From a virus (lineage: Duplodnaviria > Heunggongvirae > Uroviricota > Caudoviricetes): a stretch of DNA of 64,000 nt. The notes below the pieces were generated by a model. That model ran no database searches and was not told where the DNA came from. It saw nothing but the letters and a program-made list of their open reading frames with translations. Positions 44,094-54,359 of the stretch are shown here, in pieces. Each line of letters opens with the position of its first letter. Within the stretch, counting starts at the first letter, position 1. Position numbers and translations under genes: made by a program. The stretch is taken from the IMG/VR virus record IMGVR_UViG_3300028563_000009; one strand, given 5' to 3'.

Positions 44094-45168
44094 AGTCAGA
44101 TCGCACAGTCACTCTGGTGGCGCGGATTGGTCCTGCCCTAAAAGGTACTACTGGAAGCGGGTAGAGGGTTGGCAGAACAAAGAGGACGGTGCCCCTCAGC
44201 AATTCGGGAAGTGTACCGAAGCGGCAATTCAGTACTTCCACCAACAGGGATTCGTCGCGGGGACGGGTGTGGAGGAATTCAAAAAACTTTGGTGGAACTT
44301 CAAGGACGACAACAGTTTAGTCTACACAGAAAAGTCTGGTAACTGGGACGACTTCTATCGCTGCGGGGTCGAGTTGATAACCCTGTACGAGTTAACATAC
44401 CAAGACCTTCCTATTACCAACGCTAGGTTTCAGGTAGAGTTCAAGAAAGATTTGACCACGGATGGGTTGCAGTTCCGAGCAATCATCGATATGCTTTGTA
44501 TTGCCCCCAATAAGCACCCATCTTTACCGGCGCAGGAGGGGGAAGATTTCCGGGAGTTCGTGGTGGATATCAAGACTTCCACGGCAAGCTACTACACCGA
44601 CCCTAGACTCTCTTCGCTGGACGATCAGCTAAGGGACTATGCTTGGATGACTGGGTGTTCGACGGTGGCCTTTCTGGTACTGGTAAAGAACCACACTAGC
44701 ATAGGAACCGGAGATTGGATCACGGTTTTATACGGCCCCAAGAAGGGGAAGAAGTACCAAGTCTTCGACGCCAAAGACGATAAGATACTTGTCCTACCCA
44801 AGGATATGTACGAGGAGTACCAGTCCAGAAAAAAGGATATCAAAGGCAAAGGGTCGAAGGAAAGAACCGACGCCCTACTCACAGAGTACTTTTATAAGGG
44901 TCTTTCTTTTCAACGACACGAGATCACCAAACAAAAGATACAGTTCCTTCCTGCTATAATCAGCAAAGAAGACGCGGCTGAGGCTAAGCGAGAGGCTATC
45001 CATGAAGCAATGGACATATCGAAACATGGGACTGAAGGATATTGGCCTAAGCGCCCCGGCGTTCGTTTTCCTCACAATCCTTGTACTACTTGCGATTGCT
45101 TGGGATTGTGTATCGGGGATCAAGAAATGGTTCAGCAGAAGCTAGTACAGATAGGAGGGGTATTTTAG
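44059..45168 (+). CDS. PD-(D/E)xK nuclease with Cys cluster, Cas4/RecB-like (369 aa)
   Basis: IIDMLCI..EFVVDIKTS; N-terminal C and C-terminal CTTCDCLGLC. Confidence 0.55.
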   Translation: MAYLYKNPKGYEVRSHSHSGGADWSCPKRYYWKRVEGWQNKEDGAPQQFGKCTEAAIQYFHQQGFVAGTGVEEFKKLWWNFKDDNSLVYTEKSGNWDDFYRCGVELITLYELTYQDLPITNARFQVEFKKDLTTDGLQFRAIIDMLCIAPNKHPSLPAQEGEDFREFVVDIKTSTASYYTDPRLSSLDDQLRDYAWMTGCSTVAFLVLVKNHTSIGTGDWITVLYGPKKGKKYQVFDAKDDKILVLPKDMYEEYQSRKKDIKGKGSKERTDALLTEYFYKGLSFQRHEITKQKIQFLPAIISKEDAAEAKREAIHEAMDISKHGTEGYWPKRPGVRFPHNPCTTCDCLGLCIGDQEMVQQKLVQIGGVF

Positions 45169-45419
45169 TGTGGGTTTTTGTAATACTTTATATACTCCAA
45201 GTATTCCTAGCTCCTTACGCTTTGATTAGAAGGGTAAGGCGTTTGGAGGACGTGTACTTACTCGAAGTAATTTTTTTCGTTATGATAGGGTTGCTACCTT
45301 TCGTGGGAGCCGCAGTGGTAGCACTCTCTCTACTTCTGGACAGTCCTGCTTTCACCAAACCGTTGATAAAGAAATACGAGACTGAGTACGACGTTAAACC
45401 CAAGATCAAAAAGATATGA
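45168..45419 (+). CDS. membrane protein (83 aa, GTG)
   Basis: AGGAGGGG 8 nt upstream. Confidence 0.45.
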   Translation: MWVFVILYILQVFLAPYALIRRVRRLEDVYLLEVIFFVMIGLLPFVGAAVVALSLLLDSPAFTKPLIKKYETEYDVKPKIKKI

Positions 45420-46102
45420 AAATTCTTATTATAAGCGACACTCACGGACTGCACGACTTAGTACCAGCCCTTCCTCCTGCGGATGTGTTTATCTTTGCGG
45501 GGGATATGATGAATTCCGGAAGGTACTTGGGCGAACTGGCTGCGTTTAACGCTTGGTTAGAAAAGATTCCTGTTCCGAAGGAGCGGAGATTATTGTGTGC
45601 AGGCAACCACGACATATCTCTGGACGGAACACACCCGGAGTCAAGTCCGAATAAGTCGGCGAAAGCACGGGAACTGCTTACTAACGGGGTTTATCTCCAA
45701 GACCAAAGGATCGAAATCGACGGGGTTAAATTTTGGCTTTCCCCGCAGTCCCCCTTCTTCCTTAACTGGGCTTTCAATTCTCAAAGGGGAGAGGATATCA
45801 AAACTTTCTGGGATAGAATACCAGAAGATACTAATGTGCTCGTGACCCACGGCCCTCCTCATGGCATCCTAGATGAGGTTCCGGGTAGCCCGTACAACAA
45901 ATGGGTTACAGAATCCGTGGGGTGCGAGGAACTTAAGAAGAAAATAGCAACCCTTCCTAACCTGAAACTACATGCTTTTGGGCACATACACGCTCCAAGA
46001 GGGTTGTATAATGATGGAAGAGTGCAATACGTTAACGCTTCCTTTCTGGACGATGCGTATAGACCCCACAAGGGTGATGGATATTTTCTAGTGGAGATTT
46101 AA
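45416..46102 (+). CDS. calcineurin-like metallophosphoesterase (228 aa)
   Basis: ISDTHG, GDMMNSG, GNHD, THGPP, GHIH. Confidence 0.7.
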   Translation: MKILIISDTHGLHDLVPALPPADVFIFAGDMMNSGRYLGELAAFNAWLEKIPVPKERRLLCAGNHDISLDGTHPESSPNKSAKARELLTNGVYLQDQRIEIDGVKFWLSPQSPFFLNWAFNSQRGEDIKTFWDRIPEDTNVLVTHGPPHGILDEVPGSPYNKWVTESVGCEELKKKIATLPNLKLHAFGHIHAPRGLYNDGRVQYVNASFLDDAYRPHKGDGYFLVEI

Positions 46103-46972
46103 GTGAAGACATACAAAGTCCTTTCGGTGAATACTTTTTTCACAGAGGTGTTGGAGTTAATGGTTAAGTTCAATTTTCTCGAAGAGATCGAGGAAGCAAA
46201 CGACGACAAGCCTTCTTTAACTCAGGCTCAAGTAGAGACAACGAGATACATGGCCTCAAACACAACAAGTAGTTCTTGGCCTGTTACGCTCCGCACCGCT
46301 AACCCCCTTCTAGGGGAACCGTACAACATCACAGGCCCCATGCCTAAAGACCCCTACGTGGCGATGGCTGTGCGTATCAAGTACATAGGTAATGGCCTTC
46401 CAATCGAATCCAACATGGAGAAGATTTCAAAAGAACACCTTGGGCTAGTAGACGACAAAAAGGATTGGGGTAAGGCTCTCAAGCAAGCAGTAAAGGATTA
46501 CGGCCACGATGAAGTCCTCACGGCTTTCTACGAGTGGAGTCAAAGCCAAGGCAACACAATCATCCGCAAGCCTATCGGTAATTTCCTGAAGAACGTAGGA
46601 AGCCACATCGGCGTGGTGAACAAGCCGGTAGTATCCAGTCCAGTCCTCGGAAGAGTCGAAGCGAGGGTTGCTTTTGTGTCCGATAATCTGATATTCTTTA
46701 CCGGGGATTATCGCTTCAGACTGTCCGCTCTGATTCGGGAGTATGGGGAGGAGCTAGTCATCGAAGCCTTCGAGCAGTTCTTCCAGACCGTAGACGACAA
46801 GGAAATTAAATGGGCGTCCAGAAACTTTATTGAACGCGCTCCGGTTATGATACAGACCATCGTAGCTAAGAAGGAACAAGAAAGAGTTGCGAAGGAAATG
46901 CTAAACTTGAGTTACAAGCAGGCGCAAGAAGGAGTCCTTCCGGAACTGGAGGACGAAGAAGAGGAATTATAA
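46103..46972 (+). CDS. hypothetical protein (289 aa, GTG)
   Basis: Long ORF. Confidence 0.5.
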   Translation: MKTYKVLSVNTFFTEVLELMVKFNFLEEIEEANDDKPSLTQAQVETTRYMASNTTSSSWPVTLRTANPLLGEPYNITGPMPKDPYVAMAVRIKYIGNGLPIESNMEKISKEHLGLVDDKKDWGKALKQAVKDYGHDEVLTAFYEWSQSQGNTIIRKPIGNFLKNVGSHIGVVNKPVVSSPVLGRVEARVAFVSDNLIFFTGDYRFRLSALIREYGEELVIEAFEQFFQTVDDKEIKWASRNFIERAPVMIQTIVAKKEQERVAKEMLNLSYKQAQEGVLPELEDEEEEL

Positions 46973-48864
46973 TGGCGAGTAATCTTAAGGCGCATCCCGC
47001 GCTCCTTAGTATCTTCGCTTCTCGCATCCCCGGATTACAAAAGAAGGACGGCTCCTATTGGGGCAAGTGCATATTCCACGCAGAGAATACTCCCAGCCTC
47101 ACGGTGGGTAAGGACGAGCACGGGGAGTATTGCTACCATTGTTTCGGGTGCGGTGTAGGCGGAGACGTAGTACAATTCATACAAGCGGTAGACAATGTTA
47201 CGTTTAAACAAGCCAAGGAATTAGTAGAGAAGGTTACGGGAGGAAATTGGGAAGAGACCAAGAAGCTAGCCGATGCGACCTTCAAGAGACTGGAGCTAGA
47301 CGAAACCAAGCCAGCGAAGAGATACAAGCTAGAGCAGTACGCCAAGTTTGAAATCAATCTGTACGAGTCCAAGGAAGCACAAGAGTGGTTGTTCAGAGAG
47401 AGAGGGATTACTTATGAAACAGCAAGAAAACTCCACTTCGGATACTGTAAAGATTTATCCGATCTCAACAAGAACCCAAACAAGAGTTTTGAACCAATTA
47501 AGGAAAAAGGCTGGATTATTACCCCTGCGGTCGAAGGCGAAGAAGTAGTAGCCATCGAAGCTAGGAGCATGGAGATTAAGGAGTTTGCCCGAAAGCCGGG
47601 GATGGATTACAAAATCCTCTGGGGGGTAGACTTCATATCATGGGATGAACCTGTGTATCTGGTCGAGGGAAAGTTCGATCAGGCCATCTTCATCCAAGCT
47701 GGGTACCGGGCGGTTAGCCTCCCCAACTCTTCCTCCAAGCTGTCACCGCAGCAAAGAGACCTCCTCATGTCCGCATCGGTTATTATCTTAGCTGGGGACA
47801 ACGACGGGGGAACCGGGACTGACTCTATGATAAAGCTCTGGAATGAGCTTCAGGAGCGCACGTACCGGCTAGTATGGCCCAAGGGGAAGAAGGATGCCAA
47901 CCAGACGTTCCTAGAGACTTGTGGGCGCGATATCGATGCTTTTAAGAAGGTAGTGGATAGCCTTACTCTGAGCGCGTTCTCTAACCCGATGCCGGGAATC
48001 AAGAGCCTTCAGGACATTCTGAAGTCTGATACCTCGGAAAGTGCTGAAAACAGAGAGGATAGATTCAAGTTCAGCATCAAGCCGTTGGATCGCATGGCTT
48101 ACGTGTTTCCGGGGAGCGTGGTTTACATCAGCGCGGCTAGCACCGGGACAGGCAAGACCCAGCTTACCATCCAAGAAACCCTCAACGCCGCTATGAAAAA
48201 TGACGCGGTTGTGTTAAACTACCAGACACAGATGCAGGGGGAGGAGTTGGGAGAGGTAGTAACCTCCCACATATTAGCGAAGGATAGGGATACAATAGGC
48301 AGGCAGGACCGACTAGAGGCAGCAAAGAGATTAAGGGGCGTCCAGTATTACATCGGTCACGACCCGACAGCCTCTTCCTCGGCGCAAGTTCTTGATTTGA
48401 TTGAGGCTGGGATACGCCGGGTAGGAGCTAATGTCTTTGTGATTGACTTGATCCACGATATCTGTAATACTGAAAAGGATGAGATTAAGGCCCAACAAAG
48501 AGCCATGAGACGTATTAAACTTATGGCGCAGAAGTACTTAGCCATAGGCATCGTGATCGGACAGCCGCGAAAGGTAGATTCTAAGAACGTGGGAAGGCCC
48601 CTAGATATTTATGACAGTAAGGGAAGCGAGGCTCTTGTTTCGGAATCAGATGTGGTATACTATCTTTACCGCGAACCAATCAAGAAGATGAACGACGACA
48701 CCAAGGACAGATTATCTCCGGAAGTGGAAATCAGATGTATGAAAGCTCGTAACCAAGGGAGAGGATCAGCGTTTGCTAAAGTGTTCTTTCTAGGGAAGAT
48801 AGCCACGTTCAGGGAAATCATACCTATCGAGGAGCCGAAGGTCGATAACAGAAAGGACTTCTAA
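46972..48864 (+). CDS. bifunctional primase-helicase (DnaG zinc ribbon + TOPRIM + DnaB-like), 630 aa
   Basis: CIFHAENTPSLTV..YHCFGCG; TOPRIM E..DxD LAGDNDGGTG; Walker A ASTGTGKT. Confidence 0.8.
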   Translation: MASNLKAHPALLSIFASRIPGLQKKDGSYWGKCIFHAENTPSLTVGKDEHGEYCYHCFGCGVGGDVVQFIQAVDNVTFKQAKELVEKVTGGNWEETKKLADATFKRLELDETKPAKRYKLEQYAKFEINLYESKEAQEWLFRERGITYETARKLHFGYCKDLSDLNKNPNKSFEPIKEKGWIITPAVEGEEVVAIEARSMEIKEFARKPGMDYKILWGVDFISWDEPVYLVEGKFDQAIFIQAGYRAVSLPNSSSKLSPQQRDLLMSASVIILAGDNDGGTGTDSMIKLWNELQERTYRLVWPKGKKDANQTFLETCGRDIDAFKKVVDSLTLSAFSNPMPGIKSLQDILKSDTSESAENREDRFKFSIKPLDRMAYVFPGSVVYISAASTGTGKTQLTIQETLNAAMKNDAVVLNYQTQMQGEELGEVVTSHILAKDRDTIGRQDRLEAAKRLRGVQYYIGHDPTASSSAQVLDLIEAGIRRVGANVFVIDLIHDICNTEKDEIKAQQRAMRRIKLMAQKYLAIGIVIGQPRKVDSKNVGRPLDIYDSKGSEALVSESDVVYYLYREPIKKMNDDTKDRLSPEVEIRCMKARNQGRGSAFAKVFFLGKIATFREIIPIEEPKVDNRKDF

Positions 48865-49238
48865 TGGGAATGTTTGATACAATACGTACGAAGATGCCAT
48901 TGCCCGGAATCACTCTCCCGGACTTCGTAGAGCCGGGTTTCCAAACCAAGGACCTTCACTGTAACCTCGACGATTATACCCTCACTGAGGAAGGGACTTT
49001 AAAGCTAGACGGAGAACTTGTACCATACACCGGAGAGGTAAATATGTATACTTGTAATTCGTCAATTTGGTCCGGGGGTAGTACTTATACTAGGGGCGGG
49101 GTAGACGAAGTTTGGGTAGAGTACAAACTACTATTCGCGGAGGGCAGGCTTATCTACATAAACCAAACCAAATACGAACAGAAACCAGCCAAGGATGCAG
49201 ATAACTTTTGGCAGGAACGAGCGAAGGAAGCAAAGTAA
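48864..49238 (+). CDS. hypothetical protein (124 aa)
   Basis: TAATG coupling. Confidence 0.5.
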   Translation: MGMFDTIRTKMPLPGITLPDFVEPGFQTKDLHCNLDDYTLTEEGTLKLDGELVPYTGEVNMYTCNSSIWSGGSTYTRGGVDEVWVEYKLLFAEGRLIYINQTKYEQKPAKDADNFWQERAKEAK

Positions 49239-49903
49239 TGGACGTTCTCGAAGGGATAGCAAACAGTTTCAGCGACAAAGAGCGTAAGGAAGCTGCGGAA
49301 TTAGAGTCGAAGAAAGACCAGATAATCAAAGTCATCGTCCGGGAAAGAGAAAGCCTAGACAGGAACTTCGTTAAGCTGGCTCAGATAATCAACGAAGTAC
49401 GACAAAAGAAGTACTGGCTGTTAGGCAACTACAAGAACTTCGGAGAGTACTTAGCAGGTTGTGAAACGAAGTTCGGGGTTGGGCACTCCCAGATTTACGT
49501 GGGGATGAAGATCGTCCGTAACCTTCTTCCGGCATTAGCTGGGGAAGACCTAGTGAACATGGGTATTACCAAGGCGGGGGTGTTGAGTAAGTTTGTCGAG
49601 CAGTCTGGACAAACCAGCATTCCTGATGATATACTTCAGATTGCTAAGGACCCGGATAAGAAAACGGAAGACCTTGAGATAGCGGTAAACGCAAAGCTAC
49701 ATAACGTTCCCTTGGAGAAGGGAACTTGGATTAACCTTGGAGGGTTCTTCTGTACCGAGGAGGAGAAGCAAGAGATTAACGACGCGCTAGAGTTAGCTGG
49801 CAGCATCGATCCGGTGGTGCCTAATAACATCCCAGCGTGGCAACAACACCGGGAGAAAGTACTTCGGTTGGCTAGAGAGTTTCTAGGGAGCTACGATGGA
49901 TAA
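49238..49903 (+). CDS. hypothetical protein (221 aa)
   Basis: GAAGGAAG RBS. Confidence 0.5.
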   Translation: MDVLEGIANSFSDKERKEAAELESKKDQIIKVIVRERESLDRNFVKLAQIINEVRQKKYWLLGNYKNFGEYLAGCETKFGVGHSQIYVGMKIVRNLLPALAGEDLVNMGITKAGVLSKFVEQSGQTSIPDDILQIAKDPDKKTEDLEIAVNAKLHNVPLEKGTWINLGGFFCTEEEKQEINDALELAGSIDPVVPNNIPAWQQHREKVLRLAREFLGSYDG

Positions 49904-50090
49904 CGCATACATAGTAGAATACGAAGCCGCTAAGGTCCGTAAGGGGTATCTGGAGCCGCTGTCTACCGAGCAGCAGATCGAATGCGCGTTCGCCGCAGGA
50001 TTTAGGGTTGGGTATATGAGGTGTACCCAAGAAATGATTGACAAGGTAAACGAAAAGAGACAGCAGGAGATAGACGAACTTCGTGGGTAG
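49896..50090 (+). CDS. hypothetical protein (64 aa)
   Basis: AGGGAG RBS. Confidence 0.45.
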   Translation: MDNAYIVEYEAAKVRKGYLEPLSTEQQIECAFAAGFRVGYMRCTQEMIDKVNEKRQQEIDELRG

Positions 50091-50445
50091 ACAAACTGTT
50101 TTTGTTGAGGTAGACTTAGATACAGAGCTTCCGATAAGGATTCTCAAGACGAACAAACAGGCATACGAATTACCCCCTGAAAAAGTCAGGATGATGGCGC
50201 GGTCAGTGGCTGTCAAGTACATACGAGATCAAGTAGTAGAAAGAGCCAGAAAAGATAAAAACATTCTGTGCGAGTTTTGTGGGCTTATAATTACAGAGGA
50301 TACAGGGCACATGCACGAAGTCCTGTCTCGCGGAAAGGGAGGAGAGGTCAGTCTTGAAAACAGCAGATTCATTTGCGCCCAATGCCATTTGGGGCCAGAC
50401 GGCGAACACGGAGACCGTCGATGGCAGAAAGGGAATATTGTCTAA
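50083..50445 (+). CDS. HNH endonuclease domain protein (120 aa)
   Basis: CEFCG..HMHEV..N..CAQCH. Confidence 0.5.
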   Translation: MGRQTVFVEVDLDTELPIRILKTNKQAYELPPEKVRMMARSVAVKYIRDQVVERARKDKNILCEFCGLIITEDTGHMHEVLSRGKGGEVSLENSRFICAQCHLGPDGEHGDRRWQKGNIV

Positions 50446-51767
50446 TGTATAATACTTACGTTCCAGAAAAGACCTATGTCCATGCTGTCCTCAAAGATTC
50501 CGAGAAGAGTATAGCGCAATACCTATCCTCCGCCAGAGAGAATTGGGCAGTCCTCCACTACTCCGACGAGGACGGGAGCGGATTGGATACCATCGAGAAC
50601 GCTCTTAACCTAGCCGTCTGCCAATCGAACAAGCCGAAACAATTTTCATACGAATTGGATATTAAGAAACAGATTTCCGATATCCAATTCCTAAACGGTT
50701 CTGAGTGGTTCTTCATGATGCGCCCCTCGATGGAAGGACGAACCATAAAAGAAATGGAACTCGAAAGAGGGAAGTCCAAAAACACGATGGTTGGTTTCAC
50801 TGTCAATGGGATCAAAATGATCCACCTTCGTACGGAGATCAACACATCCCCCGGTTCCGAAGGAACGCAGATGGGAGATTTTTTCATCCTTGATAACAGG
50901 AGCATCCGTGCCCTGAAGGATTACATCATCGGATTTCTGTCCTCCACCAAACGCTCCTACGAGGTTAAGACGTACGACTGCGACAACTCTGGGGATATTA
51001 TGATCGACCACGCGGAAGGTCTTCCTCAGTCTTGGGATAACTTAGTCCTGAACGACGACGTTGTTAACCTAGTCAAGAGGGATATCGAATCCTTCCTGCG
51101 GAGAAAGGCGTGGTTTCTTAAGAACTCACTCCCCTTCCGTAGAGGATATTTGTTCCACGGACCTCCGGGGAATGGTAAAACCAGCGTCATCAAGACGATC
51201 CTATCCACGTCCAACATGAACGTGTACAAGATCAGGCTATTCAACAAACACCTGAACGACCAGACGTTAGAGAAGATGTTTGAGGACGCGCAGAAGTCCG
51301 GACCGAACATCGTGGCGCTGGAGGATATCGACAGAGCGTTTCCCAAGACCGGAGAATCAGGATGCCCACTCGGCCTCCACACCCTCCTTAACTGCTTGGA
51401 CGGATTGACTTCTCAAGAGGGAGTGATTACAATAGCTACAGCTAACGAACCCACCATCCTCGACAGAGCTATCCTCAAGAGGCCGGGTCGGTTTGATCGC
51501 GTGGTGCTGTTCGACAATCCGAATCCGGAAACGAGGGAGAAGTACTTTCGCAAGAAAGCTCCCTACCTTACGGTGGTCGGCGAGGTGATTGAGGCAACCG
51601 AAGGGTTCTCCTTCGCGCAGCTTCAGGAAACCTACATCCTAGCGGGGCAGTATGCTTACGATAGGAACGAAGAAGAAATTAAGGAAAAAGATTTGATCGA
51701 GTGCGCGTCTCTCCTCAAAGGAGCTACCATTAACATCACCGGCAAATCAGAGAGGAAAGGATTTTAA
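50421..51767 (+). CDS. AAA-family ATPase (alt start 50445)
   Basis: Walker A GPPGNGKTS, Walker B IVALEDID, RPGRFDR. Confidence 0.7.
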   Translation: MAEREYCLMYNTYVPEKTYVHAVLKDSEKSIAQYLSSARENWAVLHYSDEDGSGLDTIENALNLAVCQSNKPKQFSYELDIKKQISDIQFLNGSEWFFMMRPSMEGRTIKEMELERGKSKNTMVGFTVNGIKMIHLRTEINTSPGSEGTQMGDFFILDNRSIRALKDYIIGFLSSTKRSYEVKTYDCDNSGDIMIDHAEGLPQSWDNLVLNDDVVNLVKRDIESFLRRKAWFLKNSLPFRRGYLFHGPPGNGKTSVIKTILSTSNMNVYKIRLFNKHLNDQTLEKMFEDAQKSGPNIVALEDIDRAFPKTGESGCPLGLHTLLNCLDGLTSQEGVITIATANEPTILDRAILKRPGRFDRVVLFDNPNPETREKYFRKKAPYLTVVGEVIEATEGFSFAQLQETYILAGQYAYDRNEEEIKEKDLIECASLLKGATINITGKSERKGF

Positions 51768-52192
51768 TGCCCGTATTCATTGACGAATACATCAAGATCA
51801 GAGACGTAGAGGGTAAAGAGCAGACAGGAAAGGCTTTAGCTAGCAATCTGGTTGCGGTGGAGGACGAAGAGAAGGTGATTCACTACGGGTTAGCCGTGGG
51901 CATGGATCACCTTCATACCACCATCGTGTGCGATAACCCTCAGTGTGAGAACTCTACTGTGGACGACAGCTTCAAGACAGTCCCCAAGACTATCGAGTTC
52001 GATGAGTCCGAAGACACCGCCGGTACTTTCCTTAAGGATGTGGTGGACGTGGTTATCGTGTCGGACTTCAAGGGGCAGAAGACGGTATTCTGTTCTGACA
52101 AGTGCTACGCCAAGTTCACCAAGAAGGCACCAGCTACCGTGCTGGCTATGCCTAGCGGTAAGGGAAGCAAGACGGTCCTGACGGAGGAGTAG
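51767..52192 (+). CDS. hypothetical zinc-ribbon protein (141 aa)
   Basis: CDNPQC .. CSDKC. Confidence 0.5.
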   Translation: MPVFIDEYIKIRDVEGKEQTGKALASNLVAVEDEEKVIHYGLAVGMDHLHTTIVCDNPQCENSTVDDSFKTVPKTIEFDESEDTAGTFLKDVVDVVIVSDFKGQKTVFCSDKCYAKFTKKAPATVLAMPSGKGSKTVLTEE

Positions 52193-52728
52193 TGGACTTT
52201 AAGACCTTTGATAAGTGCATGATACTTATCCGCGCGTGGCGCAGCAGAACCGACCAGAACAACAACGAGTGGCCGGATTCCCGCGATCCTTCCTTGAGAG
52301 AACTTCTCACGGAGTTCTCGGTGGTGCCTCAGGACCTAGAGAAAAGCATGGTTGCGTTAGCGGCATGGAGAGAAGCCGGTGAAGACATTTATCAAAAAAT
52401 GTCTACCATCACCCATGTAATAAGAAACCGTCAGAAGCAGGGGCTGTTCAGAACTCACCTAGTCTCTTCCGGATTGGATCAGTTTCCGACCATGACTGGC
52501 GATGGCTCCTCGGGGTATCCTACTGAGACTGAAAACTTTAAGAAGATTCTCCAGAATTTAGATATCATCCTCGAAGACAAGGCCGTGGACTTAACCCAGA
52601 ATGCTATTTACTTTGGGGTTGTAGGGGATGGTATGCCGGACTGGTTTCGTGGTATAGTAGAATCTACTAACTACGAGAGAACAGTTCAGGCAGCGAACCT
52701 GACGTTCTACAGGGAAAGGAAAAAATGA
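52192..52728 (+). CDS. hypothetical protein (178 aa, GTG)
   Basis: ORF. Confidence 0.45.
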   Translation: MDFKTFDKCMILIRAWRSRTDQNNNEWPDSRDPSLRELLTEFSVVPQDLEKSMVALAAWREAGEDIYQKMSTITHVIRNRQKQGLFRTHLVSSGLDQFPTMTGDGSSGYPTETENFKKILQNLDIILEDKAVDLTQNAIYFGVVGDGMPDWFRGIVESTNYERTVQAANLTFYRERKK

Positions 52729-53189
52729 ACTGGCCTGACCAACCGATTGTGATAGTAGATATCGACGGGACGCTAGCTGATGGTACGCATCGAGAACACT
52801 TCATTCGTAAGACGCCTAAGGACTGGAAGAACTACTTGGGCGGGACCTCCGAGGACGTTCCTATCCTACACGTTTTTAGATGGGTGCAGGAGCTAAGCAA
52901 GGATCATACCATCGTCATAGCCACAGGAAGAATGGAGGAGCGGAGACAGCCTACGCTAGAGTGGTTCGAAAGAGTGTGGGCAGAAGGAGCACCCCGGTTT
53001 CCTGTATTCAAATATTACTTCCGTCCGCAGAACGACTATCGGCCCGACTACGAAGTCAAGCCGGAATTTTTAAAAGACATGCCTACCCAACCCGTTCTTA
53101 TTCTGGAAGATAGACCTTCGGTTATCCGGATGTGGAGAGGGCTAGGCTTGAACGTAATCCCCGTAAAAGGGGAGTGCGAAGATTTCTAA
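52725..53189 (+). CDS. HAD-superfamily phosphatase (154 aa)
   Basis: IVIVDIDGTLAD (DxDGT), IATGR, ILEDRP. Confidence 0.55.
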   Translation: MNWPDQPIVIVDIDGTLADGTHREHFIRKTPKDWKNYLGGTSEDVPILHVFRWVQELSKDHTIVIATGRMEERRQPTLEWFERVWAEGAPRFPVFKYYFRPQNDYRPDYEVKPEFLKDMPTQPVLILEDRPSVIRMWRGLGLNVIPVKGECEDF

Positions 53190-53203
53190 TGAAAGGAATG
53201 AAA

Positions 53204-53482
53204 ATGTTTATCGCAGTTTGTGTATTAGCGTGGTTGGGATGCAGCTTCCTTACTTATGGTTTCACCCTCGGAGAGTTCTCGCACCTTTGGCCGGACCAGT
53301 CAAATGTGGAATTCGTGATACCATTCTCACTTTTTTCTGGTCCGATTGGTTTACTCATTTCTGCCGCCGATGGAAGATTCAAGTATTGGCAATTGGTTCC
53401 GTACACTAGAGAACAGCGTTGGGAATTTTTTGATAAAAAGTTCCCGTCGCTAGGTAGAGAGTACTTCGACCAGAGGAGATAA
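53204..53482 (+). CDS. lipoprotein (92 aa; alt start 53189)
   Basis: Lipobox LAWLGCS. Confidence 0.45.
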   Translation: MFIAVCVLAWLGCSFLTYGFTLGEFSHLWPDQSNVEFVIPFSLFSGPIGLLISAADGRFKYWQLVPYTREQRWEFFDKKFPSLGREYFDQRR

Positions 53483-53483
53483 C

Positions 53484-53951
53484 GTGGTTAGCAAATACAA
53501 ATCCAACAGAGACGGATACCTGCAAAGAAAGTTCGGTATCACGGAGGAAGAGGTAGACGCGGCATTGGCGCAGCAGGGAGGGGTCTGTAAGGCGTGCAGC
53601 CAGCCACCCGGCGCAAGGTCCTTGCACATAGACCACGACCACGAGATCGCCAACTGGAAGATAACATCGCAGAAGCTAGGAGTTAAAAGGTGGGAAGCGA
53701 GGCCAGAGACGTTGATCGGCTCTCGGTTGGACTTCCGATGCTACGCCACAACTAAGCCAGAGGCTAGAAAACTAGCAAAGGCCAAACTCAAAAGACTATC
53801 CGTACGCGGCATACTCTGCTGGCACTGCAACGCAGGGCTGAAGAAGTATCAAGACGACCCGGTTAGAATACACAAGATCGCGGAGTATTTGGATGAATAT
53901 TATGAGTTTGTAAACGGAGAAGGAGCAACAAGAAACGGGTTTGGGGAATGA
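53484..53951 (+). CDS. endonuclease VII-like Holliday junction resolvase (155 aa, GTG)
   Basis: CKAC..LHIDHDHE..RGILCWHCNAGL. Confidence 0.7.
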   Translation: MVSKYKSNRDGYLQRKFGITEEEVDAALAQQGGVCKACSQPPGARSLHIDHDHEIANWKITSQKLGVKRWEARPETLIGSRLDFRCYATTKPEARKLAKAKLKRLSVRGILCWHCNAGLKKYQDDPVRIHKIAEYLDEYYEFVNGEGATRNGFGE

Positions 53952-54109
53952 AAACATTTAACGTAATAATTGAAATAGATGATTACTCTAATAGCGATGG
54001 GGAAGATGTAGAAGAGATTTTACAGTCACTGCTAGACGGAGAACTTCCGGAAGGTTTGCCTCGGGATTTAGAGGCTAGGATTATAGAGGTAGTAGACGAT
54101 GAAGATTGA
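53948..54109 (+). CDS. small highly acidic protein (53 aa)
   Basis: ATGA overlap both ends; ~36% D/E. Confidence 0.35.
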   Translation: MKTFNVIIEIDDYSNSDGEDVEEILQSLLDGELPEGLPRDLEARIIEVVDDED

Positions 54110-54359
54110 AGATATCTTAAAGGGGAATAACGTAAAGACAGTCGTAGACTTCCTGCAAAATGCGCCCGTGGACGAGCTATACTCAACCAACGAACTGACA
54201 GAAAAATTTGGAGTACCCCCAAGTACTATTCGACACTCTCGGGTGTTGAGCACATACTCTTTGTGGTATAACGAGAATCGTTTTTATGGTTCCCCCTCCG
54301 CTCTTTTTGAGTTCAACAATAAGATAGGTTCTAATGAAGACGAACGACATTCTGACTAA
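54099..54359 (+). CDS. hypothetical protein (86 aa)
   Basis: Coupled start. Confidence 0.45.
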   Translation: MKIEDILKGNNVKTVVDFLQNAPVDELYSTNELTEKFGVPPSTIRHSRVLSTYSLWYNENRFYGSPSALFEFNNKIGSNEDERHSD

